In this document: positions 1 to 11,696 of the stretch, in pieces | Layout: each line of letters opens with the position of its first letter | Numbering within the stretch: the stretch's first letter is position 1 | Translations under genes and position numbers: made by a program | Notes under the pieces: model-generated | Seen by the model: only the letters and a program-made list of their open reading frames with translations | Database searches by the model: none | What the model was told of the DNA's origin: nothing | Assembly (NCBI GenBank): GCA_001179505.1 | Contig: CDMY01000723.1 | Coordinates: forward strand, 1-27,311 | Length of the DNA stretch: 27,311 nt | DNA from: Vitrella brassicaformis CCMP3155 | Taxonomy: Eukaryota; Protista; Chromerida | Direction of reading: 5' to 3'

Positions 1-119
1 ACTTAATCCTTTATCCGGGACTGACCGCCCGGCAGATCCTCTCTTCACCATTCTCCCCGACTCTCTCCCACCTATTCTTACACGAACCACGTCGACGTAC
101 GCAGCTCGTTCAGCGAGGA

Positions 120-3100
120 ATGCACCCTGAGATCGCTTTGAGCTCGCCATCAGCGAGCTTATCTCGCAGGGGAGGAGAAGAAGGAGAAGAGGGCGTTGCA
201 GGACGTGTGAAGGTGAGCGGGGCGTCTGGACAGGCATACACATGAGTCAGCGCCTGTACACGTGCAGACAATTGAATTCCTTTCTCTCCCTATGTATGTG
301 TCTGTGTTTGTGCGGTTGCAGGCTCCCGTGTGTGATAGAGCGATTTGTAGAGCGATGAAATCCGATGGTGAAGCTGCAACAGGCGGTATGCACGCGCACA
401 CAGACAGACACGCACAGAGAAGACGCGTTATTGTTATGGCTGTCTGTATGCATCACGTACATGTGGGCAGGTCTTTCGGTGCATCCCGTGGGTGGTGTGT
501 CATCCCTGTCGGCCAATGGCACACACGTCAACAACATCATCAGCCCACAGAGCGACGGTACACGCACACACACGCACACACACACACACACATGGACTCG
601 CGCCATACTGACAGACAGGGTGGCCTCTCTACGCGTGTGTGTGTGCAGATCCTCTGAGTGCTCTCAATTGGATTTTCGGTGTCGAGAGAGAGAAGGAGGG
701 AGACCATGTGCGTGTGCACACCAGACAGGCAGACAGACAAACTCCTGTCTGTCTGTCTGTCTGTATGTGTCCCTCTCTGTGAGTGCCTTTCGTGTCGTGT
801 GTAGGCCCTCTCTTCGTCGGGTCAGCAGCTGGCCGACAGGTGGAAGAGCAGGGCGTGGCGCGCCGACGACTGTAAGCAAGCCGCGCCCAGCAACAGATCC
901 ATCCACCCACCCCACACACACTCACACACACCGTCTGTGTGTGTGTGCACATAACATAGTCACGATCAGCCATACAGTCGGCACCGGTGCGTACGGCCAC
1001 GTCTACTGCGGCTCTTGGGACGCCGGCAAGTATGCAACGCATCCATTCAAAAAAGGGCCACATTGACACGCGAGGCATCCGTGTGTGTGGGGGGGGGGCG
1101 TATGGTGTGTGTGCAGGGTCCCCCGGCAAGTGGCGTTGAAGCGTCTGCACAAGCACCTCACTCTCGACAAGAAGAGACAGGAACATGACAATAAGGTACC
1201 AATGGATGGATGGATGGATGGATGGATGTGCACATGTCTGTGTCTGTGTGTGTGTGTGCAGCAAGCCAACAACGACCCGCAGCAGATGCTGCACAGGCCG
1301 CCACTCAGCGACGAGCTTGAAGGTGCGTCTGCTGTGTGGGCGGTATTGCGCACCTTCACCTTCATGTGTCTGTCTGCCTGTCTGTCTGTCTGTCTGTCTG
1401 CGTGTGTGTGTGTTGATTCAGGTGAGCCGATCGGGCGAGCGGAGAGCGATAGGGACAAGGCGATGGACGCAATGGTAACCTTTTTAACCGCTCACATGCC
1501 AGTGTGTGTGTGTGTGGCATCATTGGTGTCATCTGTCCGTCAGGCGGCCGATTTGGAGTTCTACCCGGTCTCTCTCTACCGCGAGTGGAACTTCCTTCAC
1601 GAACTCAGTACGCACACACAACACGTGCGAGAGAGAGGCTTACGCACTGCCATTGACGAATGGACGGATGGATGGATGGATGGATGTGTGCAGCCCATCC
1701 CCACATCGTCGAGTGCCACGGCACCATCAGCGGCACCGTTCCAGGAGGTAGGTACCCATCCACACACACATGCACACACGCACGAAAGGCGGCATCTGTG
1801 CGTCCCCATCCCCTCTCTCTCTCTCTCTCTCCCTCTCCCTGTGTGTGTGTCCCTGTGTGTGTGTGTGTGTGGTTAGATCGGCTGCTGGAGCGTTCCCGTC
1901 GCGGCCACAGCAGCATGCACAGGGCCACACCTGCGGGCGGGGCCGCTCTCTACCAGGTGGGTGTGTGGATGGCTCGTGTGGATGGATGGATGGATGTGTG
2001 TGTGTGTAGGTGTTTGAGTACCATCAGCAGACACTGACGCAGTTCATCAGACACAGAGCGGGTCAGACAGACACTCAGCCACCCACACATGGCCGAGTGC
2101 GGTGCTCATCGCCACTTGCACACACACGTGGCCGTCACCTGTTGGTGTTGGTGTTGGTGTTGGTGTGGGTGTGCTCGTGACGTGTAGGCACTCACGCGGC
2201 CACCAAGTGCGATCCCCACAACTCATGGCTGGAGGTGCGATCCATCCACACACAGGCAATGATTGCGTGCTCAACGGTCGCGTGCTCGTGTGTGTGCAGG
2301 AGTTCCCCCAGGCCACACAGAGAGACAAAGAGAGAAAGATGCCGTTCTCCGGTGCTGAGATGCGGCGAATTGTTGGTACGCCTTAACGCACTTATATAAA
2401 TGTGTGGGTGTGCGCGTGGGAGAGGGAAACTCCTGTGGTGTGTGTGTGTGTGTGTGTGTAGGCTCGACATTGCGTGCGCTGCGCCACCTGCACGAGAGGG
2501 GCGTCATCCACAGAGACGTCAAGAGTAAGCCCCCCCCCCCCNNNNNNNNNNNNNNNNNNNNNNNNNNNNNNNNNNNNNNNNNNNNNNNNNNNNNNNNNNN
2601 NNNNNNNNNNNNNNNNNNNNNNNNNNNNNNNNNNNNNNNNNNNNNNNNNNNNNNNNNNNNNNNNNNNNNNNNNNNNNNNNNNNNNNNNNNNNNNNNNNNN
2701 NNNNNNNNNNNNNNNNNNNNNNNNNNNNNNNNNNNNNNNNNNNNNNNNNNNNNNNNNNNNNNNNNNNNNNNNNNNNNNNNNNNNNNNNNNNNNNNNNNNN
2801 NNNNNNNNNNNNNNNNNNNNNNNNNNNNNNNNNNNNNNNNNCCCCCCCCCCCCAACACACACACACACACATATCCGGCTGTCCATGTGTGTGTGTGTGT
2901 GTGTGTGGGTGTGGGTGAAGGTGCGAATGTGTTGGCGTGTCCTGACGGCGGCATCAAGCTCATCGACTTTGGGCTCGCCTGCCGGTCGGTCGGTCGGCCA
3001 CACACACACACACACACATGCATTCCTTATCATCATCCCATGCGTCATGCGTCACACACAGGTACAACCCTGGCGACTCCAAGACGACTCATGTGGCCAC

Positions 3101-6100
3101 ATGCCACTACAGACCTCCAGGTGATTGATTGCGTGAGCCTGTAGTTGGCCACATGTGTGTGTGTGTGTGTGTGTGTGCGTCTCTGTGTGTCAGACATCCA
3201 CTTGGGCAACAGCAACTACGAGACGGAGATCGACACGTTCGGCGTTGGGTGCCTCATGGCTGAGGTAACCACACTGGATGGATGGATGGATGGACCCCTT
3301 CCTCCCTTTCTCTCTCCCCCCCTCTGTGCAGTTGTTGCTAGGCTTCCCGGCCTTCTACGACCACCCAGGGATGAAGAGGGACCACACCAAGATGCACCAA
3401 CAAAAGCGCGACGGCGGTGAGTACTCACTGCGCAGACACACCCCCACTGATGTCTGTTTGTATCGTGACACACACATACACACATACAGGGCCTGCAGAG
3501 CACAGGGCGCCCGGCCAGCCGCCCGATGAGGACATTCACTGCCTCTACCTAATGCTGCACGTACACACGCGCACACAGACAGACAGACAGACAGAGAGAG
3601 AGACACAGAGAGAGAGAGGGAGAGAGATGGATGAATGGGTGGATGGCTCTGTGTGTGTGTATGTGTGTGTGTGTGTGCAGAAGCTGGGCATATGGCAGTG
3701 TCTGCATGGGCAGGAGGAGATCCTCGCTGCTCAGACGACTCGTACAGACAGACAGACACACACAGAGACAGACAGACAGATGAGTGTGTTCTGTCTGTCT
3801 GTCTGTCTGTCTGTGTGGATTGCAGCCCACACTCTGCCGTGGCTGGCCAGCAAAGAGGAGATCCTCGAGCTGAGGAAGTTCTACAACTCGTGCGCACCCA
3901 ACCACACACCCCTTCAAGTGGCACCCTGTGTGTGTGTGTGTGTGTGTGTGTGCAGGCTGCCGCGATTGTCTCAGTGGTCCGGCTACATCGACGAGAAGGG
4001 GGCCGAGCTGCGGGGGCCGCTGACGCCTTGGGCACTCAGCGACTACGGCAACGTCAAGTGGCTGCGCAAGTGCGTGAGCCCATGCCCTGACTGATGCGCT
4101 GATGCGCTTGTGGATGGATGGATGGATGGCTGTGCGTGTGCGCAGGAACGATCCTTCTGGGCATGATCTCTTGTTCAAGCTGCTGCACCCAAATCCACGT
4201 ATGGACACACACACACACACACACGGGGACGGGGCAGACACAACACAACACACGACAAACATGTGTGTGTCTGTGTGTGTGGTTGTGTGTCAGGCCGCCG
4301 AGTGACGGCCAATGAGGCGCTGCAGCACGAGTTCTTCACGGGATGGCCTGTGCTGCCGTAAGCTGAGCTAGCTACTACTCAACCACACTCACACACAAGC
4401 CTCAATGCACCCATGTGTGTGTGTGCGGGCATCCGGCTCACAGGCAGCCGATATGGGCCGACCTGCCGTACTTCAAAGACTCCAGGTACACCCCAAAAGG
4501 CTACAAAAGCGGCTGATGGTCATCTCTCTCTCTCTCTCTGTGTGTGTGTGATAGCATTCCCCCCTCTCCTCAGCCAACATTGAGATACATTCCCAACTAC
4601 TGGGAGGTGAGAACAACCAGACCAGACCCTCCCACAGACACACACACACGGGAGGGACATTGACACACTCGTGTGTGTGTGTGTGTGTGTGTGTGTCAGT
4701 CTCGCGTGTACGGCGTTCAGCCCAACCAGGCCTTCCTGCTGAAGAACCCGCAATACCGTTACCAGGTGCGCGCGCGCACACCCACACACCGGGTGTCTTT
4801 GTGCATCGACTGACCAATCAGGGCAACAAGGCCCTGCAGCTCAAGAAGGACACGATGCCGCCACAACATAAAGAAGAAGCGACGGTATGACACACACACA
4901 CACACACATCCTTGAGTGCGTGTGTGTGTGTGTGTGGTGTGGTGTGCAGGAGTCGCCCGGTGCTGCTGGCGTCCATGGCGGCGTGTACATCAAGCAGGAG
5001 CCGCTGTCGGACGAGCAGCAGCAGCAGCAACAGCAGGAGCAGAACCACGTCCCTGGCGGCTTGTTCGGACCGGTACACACACCCACACCCACAGCCACAC
5101 ACCCACTACACCCACCCACAAGCGATGCGATCGATGCATGCAGCCCTCTCCATTTCCGTGCCCCTACATGCTCGCCGCCCAAGAGCAGCGAGAGCAAGAG
5201 CGAGAACAAGCCCAAGACAGAGGCAGACCGGTGCCGCCTTCCCCCCTCCCACACACACACACACACACACACGTCCCTCCCTCCCTCCCTCCAGCTCCCT
5301 CTGTGTGTCTGTCTGTCTGCCTGTGTGCAGCAAAAGCGGCCAAGGTCAGAGGAGCGCGACGACATCGACAAGGATGCCCGAGACGCACGAGAGAACGACG
5401 ACAGAAGACGCGACAAGGACGGCGAGGTGCGCGAAAGAAGAACCTGACGCGCAAAGCACATCCCTCCATCATGATGTGTGTCTGATGCGTGTGCGTGTGT
5501 GTCAGAGTGACAACGATCGGCCACTGCGGCAGCGTGGGAGACGGCGGGGCCGCTCGCGCAGCCCTCCTGATCGATCTCGAGACCGCGATAGAGACAGAGG
5601 GTGAGAACCAACCACACACACACACACCCCAACACGCTGGATGGATGGATGGATGTGTGGGTGGGTGGGTGGGTGGGTGGGTGGGCGTCAGGCCGTCGCG
5701 GCGTGGCCACCGGGGCGGCAGGTCACCCCGGACGCCATCTAGCGAGACACCTCGGTACGTCTGTCTGTCAGGTCCTCACACCCATACACACAGACACACA
5801 CACACACATGAGTGTCCTTGTGTGTGGGTATGATGCTTAGGAGGCGGCGATCTCCTCGACTCAAGGGCAGGTACTCGAGTGCTGCACGCGCACCCCACCG
5901 CACACACCTGGCCGATTGGATGGATGGATGGATCGACTCATGTCGCTGTCTCTTTCTGTGGTCATGCAGACGGGCTCGGCGCAGATCGCCGTCAGGGTCC
6001 AGCCGGTATGGACGCAGAGCAGACACACATGGCCACCCATGTGTGTGTGTCGGGGTGTGTGCGCTTGTATGCAGGAGCAGCCGATCGCAGTCACGCGGCC

Positions 6101-6484
6101 GAGACAGAGACAGAGACAGGCCTTCGAAACGAACAAGAGCATACCAGTGCGATGTCACTCACTCCCCCACCGGGGCGCACACACACACACGCACACACAA
6201 ATTACATGTGTTTGTGTGTGATGATGATGTGTGCAGTGGTCTGCGGCACCGTTGGCCATCGGGGCTGTGTTTCGACTACTGCGAGTACGGCGAGTGCCCG
6301 CGCCGCAACTGCAAGTGAGCCGACACAATGCAATGCCATAGCCGTAGCCGCACACACAGAAGACCCACCACACGCCCCCCACCCCCCTGTGCTGTGGGTG
6401 ACCAGGTTCAGGCACCCCAGCAAAGAAGAGATCCGTCGGCTCAGGAACCGTCTGGACCGAGACAGAGACACCTCAGGTCAGCGG

Positions 6485-6538
<54 letters not shown>

Positions 6539-9500
6539 CAGCAGCAGCAGCACGCGCCACAAACACATTCCTCTCTCCCCCTCTGTCTGTCTGTCTGTCC
6601 GTGTGTGTGAGTGTAGCTGACCGGCGTGTTGGGCGGGAGAGGGGGGGAAGGAAGAAGTACTCGCGGTCACCGTCACGGTCTCGGTCTCGCTCACGCTCAC
6701 GCTCTCGGGGGAGGGGACGGTACACACAACAACAGAGAGACACACACTCGGGCACACGCACATCTCTCCCTCCCTCTCCCTCTCCCTGTACCTGTACCTC
6801 TCTCTCTGTAGGGGTCGGGACTCACGCTCCTCATCGCCATCGCGACGGTACACTCGTGCTTTATCCATCCATCCACCCACCCATCTGTCTGTCTGTCTGT
6901 CCTTCTGTCTGTCTGTCTGTCTGTCTGTGTGTCTCTTCACAGGTCTGGGAGCAGTGAGTCGAGCCGGTCTAGAGAGAGAGAGAGAGGTGTCGACGAGGGC
7001 GACGAGAAGCCGCCGGCGAAGAAGCGGGTCAAGAGGGAGGAGAGGGAGGAGGAGGAGGACAACAACGACGAGAAGGACTTTGCTGCAGAGGGAGAGGTGC
7101 GCACCACCCCACAACCACCACCGCCACCACACACGCGCGTGGATGGATCTGCGGGCGTGTGTGTGTGTGTGTGTGTGTCAGCAGGAGAGGGTCAAGAGTG
7201 AGCCCATGTCGGACCGAGACGACAACGCACAGGAGGTATCCACTCATCAGTCCACTCATCAGTCCGGTCTGTGTGTGTCCACACATGGATGGTGTGGATG
7301 TCTGTGTGTGTCGACAGGAGAGAGAAGCCAACAGCGCTGCAGTGGAGGATGGGGGCAATGCAGCAGCCGAGCCACCACCAGTACCACCAGCGCCGCCCAC
7401 TGGTATCTACGTGACCACCCACACACGCACACACACACACACACACATACACACACATGCTGCCGTGCTTTGACACACACGTCTGTGTGCGTATGTGTGT
7501 GTGCAGTGGTGATCCCTGCTCGCAAGCTACGGAGGAGCCGATTCGACGTCGGGAAACCTCCAGAACCTCCAGGCATGCAACACAATTCCCACCCACCCCA
7601 CACAACACATGGCCAAAAGGATGGATTTTGTGTGTGTGTGTGTGTATGTGTGTCAGATTCTCCGCCACTTGTCGACAAGAAGCAGCTGGATCAAGGGGGA
7701 GGAAGCAGCACACGTAAGTGTACCGATCTGTCTTGTCCTTTGTGCGTGGGGGCCCACTCCCGCCACACACACACACACTCACAAGGGTGGATGGATGGAT
7801 GGATGGATGAAGATGGGTGTGTCCTCTGCTGCTGCAGAGAGCCAGCCATTGATGGCACCGAAGCGGCGATTCGACGTCAAGAAACCAGGTGGGTATATTC
7901 GTGGAAGCGTGTGTGTCTTTGGGGGGGGGGAACCACACACACTTCTTTCTCTCTCTGTGTGTGTGTGTGGGTGTGTGCAGCGTCCCCCCCTGACCAGCAG
8001 CAGCAGCAGCAGCAGGGGAACGAGGAGAATGGCAATCGACAGGACATGGAGGCCACAGGTGAGTGCGTGCACGGTGAATGCCACAGGTGCACCTGCTCAC
8101 ACCATCCACACATCTACCCACATGTGTGTGCAGGTGGTGATGCAGAATCTGAGCCGGCACATGAGCAACCACAGCCACAGCCACCACCACCACCATCACC
8201 ACAGGCAGCAGCCGAAGCACCACCACAAGCAGAAGAAGGTGAGCTCATGCGCACGTTCACACGCTGTCACTCCATCTATGTGTGTCTGTATGTCTGTCTG
8301 TCTGTCTGTGCCGTCCGTAGAATCGCCGAAAGTGGTCATTGCGGCGCCCCCACCCCTGCCCAAACGTGAGGCCGCGTGTGAGTGGAGTGCTGTGTGTGCA
8401 AGCCATGCACACAGCACATGCACACCTACCCCTTGATCTGCATCTCTCTCTCTCTGTGTGTGTGTGTGTGTGTTTGCAGATGTAGCTCTGAAGATCAACA
8501 TCCATGCGGCCAAGAAAGCTTCGGCGGTGGCTGACACTGCAACTGCTGAGCAACAGGCGGACCAGCACCAGCCGAGTACGTCCACACCACACAGCAAACA
8601 CCAAACACCACAAACAAACAAACAAATGCATGTCATGTCTGTGCCCGTGCTCGACTGTCTGTTTCTACACACAGGCGGGCAGCAAGAGCAGCCAGCGTCC
8701 CAACTACCACCACTACCACCACCAGCGCCGGCACCAGCACCAGCGGCGCCGGCGGCATCGTCATCAGACGGCTTCTTCAAACCGAGAGTGAGTCAGCAGG
8801 AGCAGCAGCCGCGTCTGATTGAGACAGGAGCACCCCCTGTCATCCTGCCCCGCCCGCCCCGCCCCCTTGCGGCACGACGACACGAACGGCGCGGCCCTCG
8901 TCCGTCATGGGAGGCTCGCGCCGCTCACCCACCACCACATCTCGGTATGTACGTCTGGGGGGAAAGAACACATGAGTGAGGAAGTGAGTGCCACTCTCTC
9001 ATACTGCGTGCGTCTTGGTGTGTGTGGTGGGGGTGTAGCGATGTATGGCGGCTATGGCGGGATGGCTCCCATGGCGCCAATTGCGCCTCCCGCTTTCTTT
9101 GTCGACCCGACGGCCATGATGTACTCGGCTGCTGCAATGGTATGTCCGATGTCAGTCCGCTGCCCCTCCCCTCACCCTCGCCCTCACCCTCACCCTCTCC
9201 CAACACAACACGCACTTCTCTCTACATCTCTGTGTGTGTATGTGTGTGTGTAGCACCAGATGCAGCAGGCCCACGTGCAGGCGCAGGCGCAGGCAATGAT
9301 GCAAATGCAGCAGCAGCAACAGCAACAGCAACAACCACAGCAGCAGCTGCAGCCGGCACCACAGGTGTGCCCTTGAGCAGATGGACAGACACACGTGATT
9401 CGTGTGTGTGTGGTGTGGTGCGTACGTATCTGCTGGCTTCGCAGCAACAGCAGCCGCCGCAGCCCCCGTTGCCATCTGGCGAGCAGCCGCCGGAGCCGGG

Positions 9501-9540
9501 AACGGAGAGAGGGGGGGCCAACTATGACGACATCGCATAG
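120..9540 (+). CDS. CMGC/CDK-like protein kinase with long C-terminal RS-rich, CCCH zinc-finger and Pro/Gln-rich tail (~55 exons)
   Basis: Manual splicing gives one continuous frame from ATG 120 (MHPEIALSS...) to TAG 9540 (...GGANYDDIA*). Kinase motifs in order: DDFTISHTVGTGAYG (G-loop, ~960-995), VALK, PVSLYRE (alphaC), HPHIV, VFEY, IHRDVKSANVL, DFGLACR (2965), THVATCHYRPPDIHLG, IDTFGVGCLMAE, HDLLFKLLHPNPRRRVTANEALQHEFF (~4150-4345). Exon phases agree with GT-AG junctions apart from one GC-AG. The start codon and a few tail exon boundaries are less certain. Confidence 0.88.
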
Positions 9541-9645
9541 CATAGCATAGCGCCGTTGGTTGGTGATCGTGGCCGAGAGAGAGAGAGAGAGAGTGCATTG
9601 GTCATTCGCTGGTTAACCGGCCTTGGATGGCCATGTGTGTGTGTG
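213..9645. repeat. Dense intronic microsatellites: (AC)n/(GT)n, (AGAC)n/(GTCT)n, (GGAT)n/(ATCC)n, (AG)n/(CT)n
   Basis: Directly visible in nearly every intron of the kinase gene. The same repeat classes recur in introns at 12870-15310 and 20595-21221 and in intergenic DNA at 21280-22200 and 25960-26230. Confidence 0.97.
2542..2841. other. Assembly gap (300 N) inside a kinase intron
   Basis: N run flanked by poly-C. The flanking exons join as HRDVK-S-ANVL, so no kinase-core exon needs to lie in the gap. Confidence 0.95.
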
Positions 9646-9945
9646 NNNNNNNNNNNNNNNNNNNNNNNNNNNNNNNNNNNNNNNNNNNNNNNNNNNNNNN
9701 NNNNNNNNNNNNNNNNNNNNNNNNNNNNNNNNNNNNNNNNNNNNNNNNNNNNNNNNNNNNNNNNNNNNNNNNNNNNNNNNNNNNNNNNNNNNNNNNNNNN
9801 NNNNNNNNNNNNNNNNNNNNNNNNNNNNNNNNNNNNNNNNNNNNNNNNNNNNNNNNNNNNNNNNNNNNNNNNNNNNNNNNNNNNNNNNNNNNNNNNNNNN
9901 NNNNNNNNNNNNNNNNNNNNNNNNNNNNNNNNNNNNNNNNNNNNN
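9646..9945. other. Assembly gap (300 N), intergenic/3' UTR
   Basis: N run downstream of the kinase stop codon, flanked by (GT)n and poly-G. Confidence 0.95.
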
Positions 9946-10659
9946 GGGGGGGAGGGGGTAATGTACAGCTAGCAAGAAGCTCCCGCCAGCTGTCTTTGAT
10001 CGTTTATGCGGTCATGGCTTCCACGCCATGGATGGATGGATGGATGGGCTTGGATACCCACCCCACATGAGACTGGTAGCGGTCTGTCTCTCTGTGGCGT
10101 GCCTCTTCGTTTTGAGACATCCATAATCAATCGGTTGGCGGACTTGCAAACGCATCCGGCCATCGAACCGATTTGTCAGTCGTATGGGCTCCACAGATAT
10201 TTGGCCCACGATTGCTCGGGAGACACGGGGCTGCAGCTGCACGTCTGTACCGCCCTTGCACTCGCCCGCAGCCAGGCACTTGTCCGCCTTCCTCCCTCCC
10301 GTGGTCGTCAAAGCCGCCGGTCAGGACGCACACCTTGCCGGTGGACTGGACTTTTTGCAGCCGTCTGGTATGCCTCGGACGAGAGAGACATCGGTGTGAA
10401 TGATTGATTGACTGCAGCTTAGCTTCGGCGTTCGTTTAGTTCGCGACTAAAACCAAAACGTACGTGTCCATTTCTGTGTCTGTATGTGTGTGTGTGTGTG
10501 TCCTTCGCCTAGTTGCAGCTTCGAGTCCGTCTCTCTCTCAAGAAAAAAAGAAAAGAAAAAAGTACCGAAACGTATGTATCAATTTCAGTGTCTGTCTGGT
10601 CTGTCTGGTCGGTCGGTCTGTATTCTCTCTGCTCGGCTGCCTGTCCAGCTGCCTTAGGA

Positions 10660-11696
10660 TCAGATCGTCGATTTCTCGCACGTTCCTTTGAAAAAGCTCG
10701 TGGCATAGGACAGGAGACTTGAGCAGAGAAACGGGTCCCGGCACTGGTGAGCCTTGTCGCACACCTCGTCCAACTCCGCTTCCAGCTGCACCCCCACACA
10801 CGTATGTACGCGAGCGAGCGTGTCTGGCTGCACATTCGGTCCGTGCTTGGCCTTCTCCTTCTTGAAGCACTTCGGCTTCTGGTACTTGGCCACGAGGGGA
10901 GGCGTGTAGCAGTCGTGGTCCTTGATGCACTTCTTCCCCCAGCTCTTCTTGTTTGAGCCGGCCGTTGGCAGCAGGCTGGCCAGTTCCGTGCCCAGCTGCG
11001 TCACCTCGTTGTCCTGCTCGACCGTCGGCTCTCCCTCGAGGGGTCTGCACTGCTTGAAGTGGCCGTATCCAGGCATGGAGACACAGGCACACACGCGCTT
11101 GCCCTCTCGGCCGCAGTAGCCGTACTCGGGCAGGCTGGGGCGGCCCACGTGGGAAACCCTTGGGATCAGCTGGAACCAGTAATCGATCCCGCAGAAGGCC
11201 TCCCGCCCAGCAGGGGTCCTGCCTTCAGGAAAGTTGGTGATGATGTCTTTCAGCTTCGCTCCGGCCATCGTCTTGCCAGGGTCCAGCCTGAAATCACACA
11301 CACGTGAGTAGAGATGTGAGTATGCATGGTCAGTACGAAAGAGGAGGTCAAATGGTGTACCAGAGGAAGGTCAGGGTCTCGGGAATGTTTTCCCCCTTCT
11401 CTGCCATGATTGACCGGGCGTCCTTGTCCATGATTTCCTGCCACTGTGACAGCGTTTCGTTGGGAAACACGCAGGGGGACTCGGCGCTTAACTCGAGCCC
11501 GCCATGGCCACTGGGCAGCGTGGCGGCCAGCGAGCGATGCGGCGAGACTCCGGCTGGATCATCCACACACATGAGACGGGGCTTCCTCACGACGTCTCTT
11601 GTGCACGGCCCATCGCTCACCGGTGTGATTCAGTGCCGCGGCACCGGAGGGGACGGCAAGGAGCGCCACAAGCTGCAGAAGCGGCAACATTGTCAT
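10660..11696 (-). CDS. Secreted cysteine-rich hypothetical protein (3-4 exons)
   Basis: ATG 11696 gives a signal-peptide-like MTMLPLLQLVALLAVPSGAAALNHT. Exons 11696-11621, 11553-11361, 11287-10834 and 10785-10660 join in frame with GT-AG introns; the last 48-nt intron is in frame and optional. About a dozen Cys, including GKKCIKDHDC and DEVCDKAHQC. Ends ...GTCEKSTI*. Confidence 0.75.

Noticed and set aside
159-9975. Many long ORFs in the supplied track (e.g. 6927-8369, 7192-8226, 4841-5710) rich in HTHTHT, CVCVCV, TDRQ and WMDG
   Set aside because: They are stop-free translations of intronic microsatellites and N runs that thread through real exons in changing frames. They are not independent genes.
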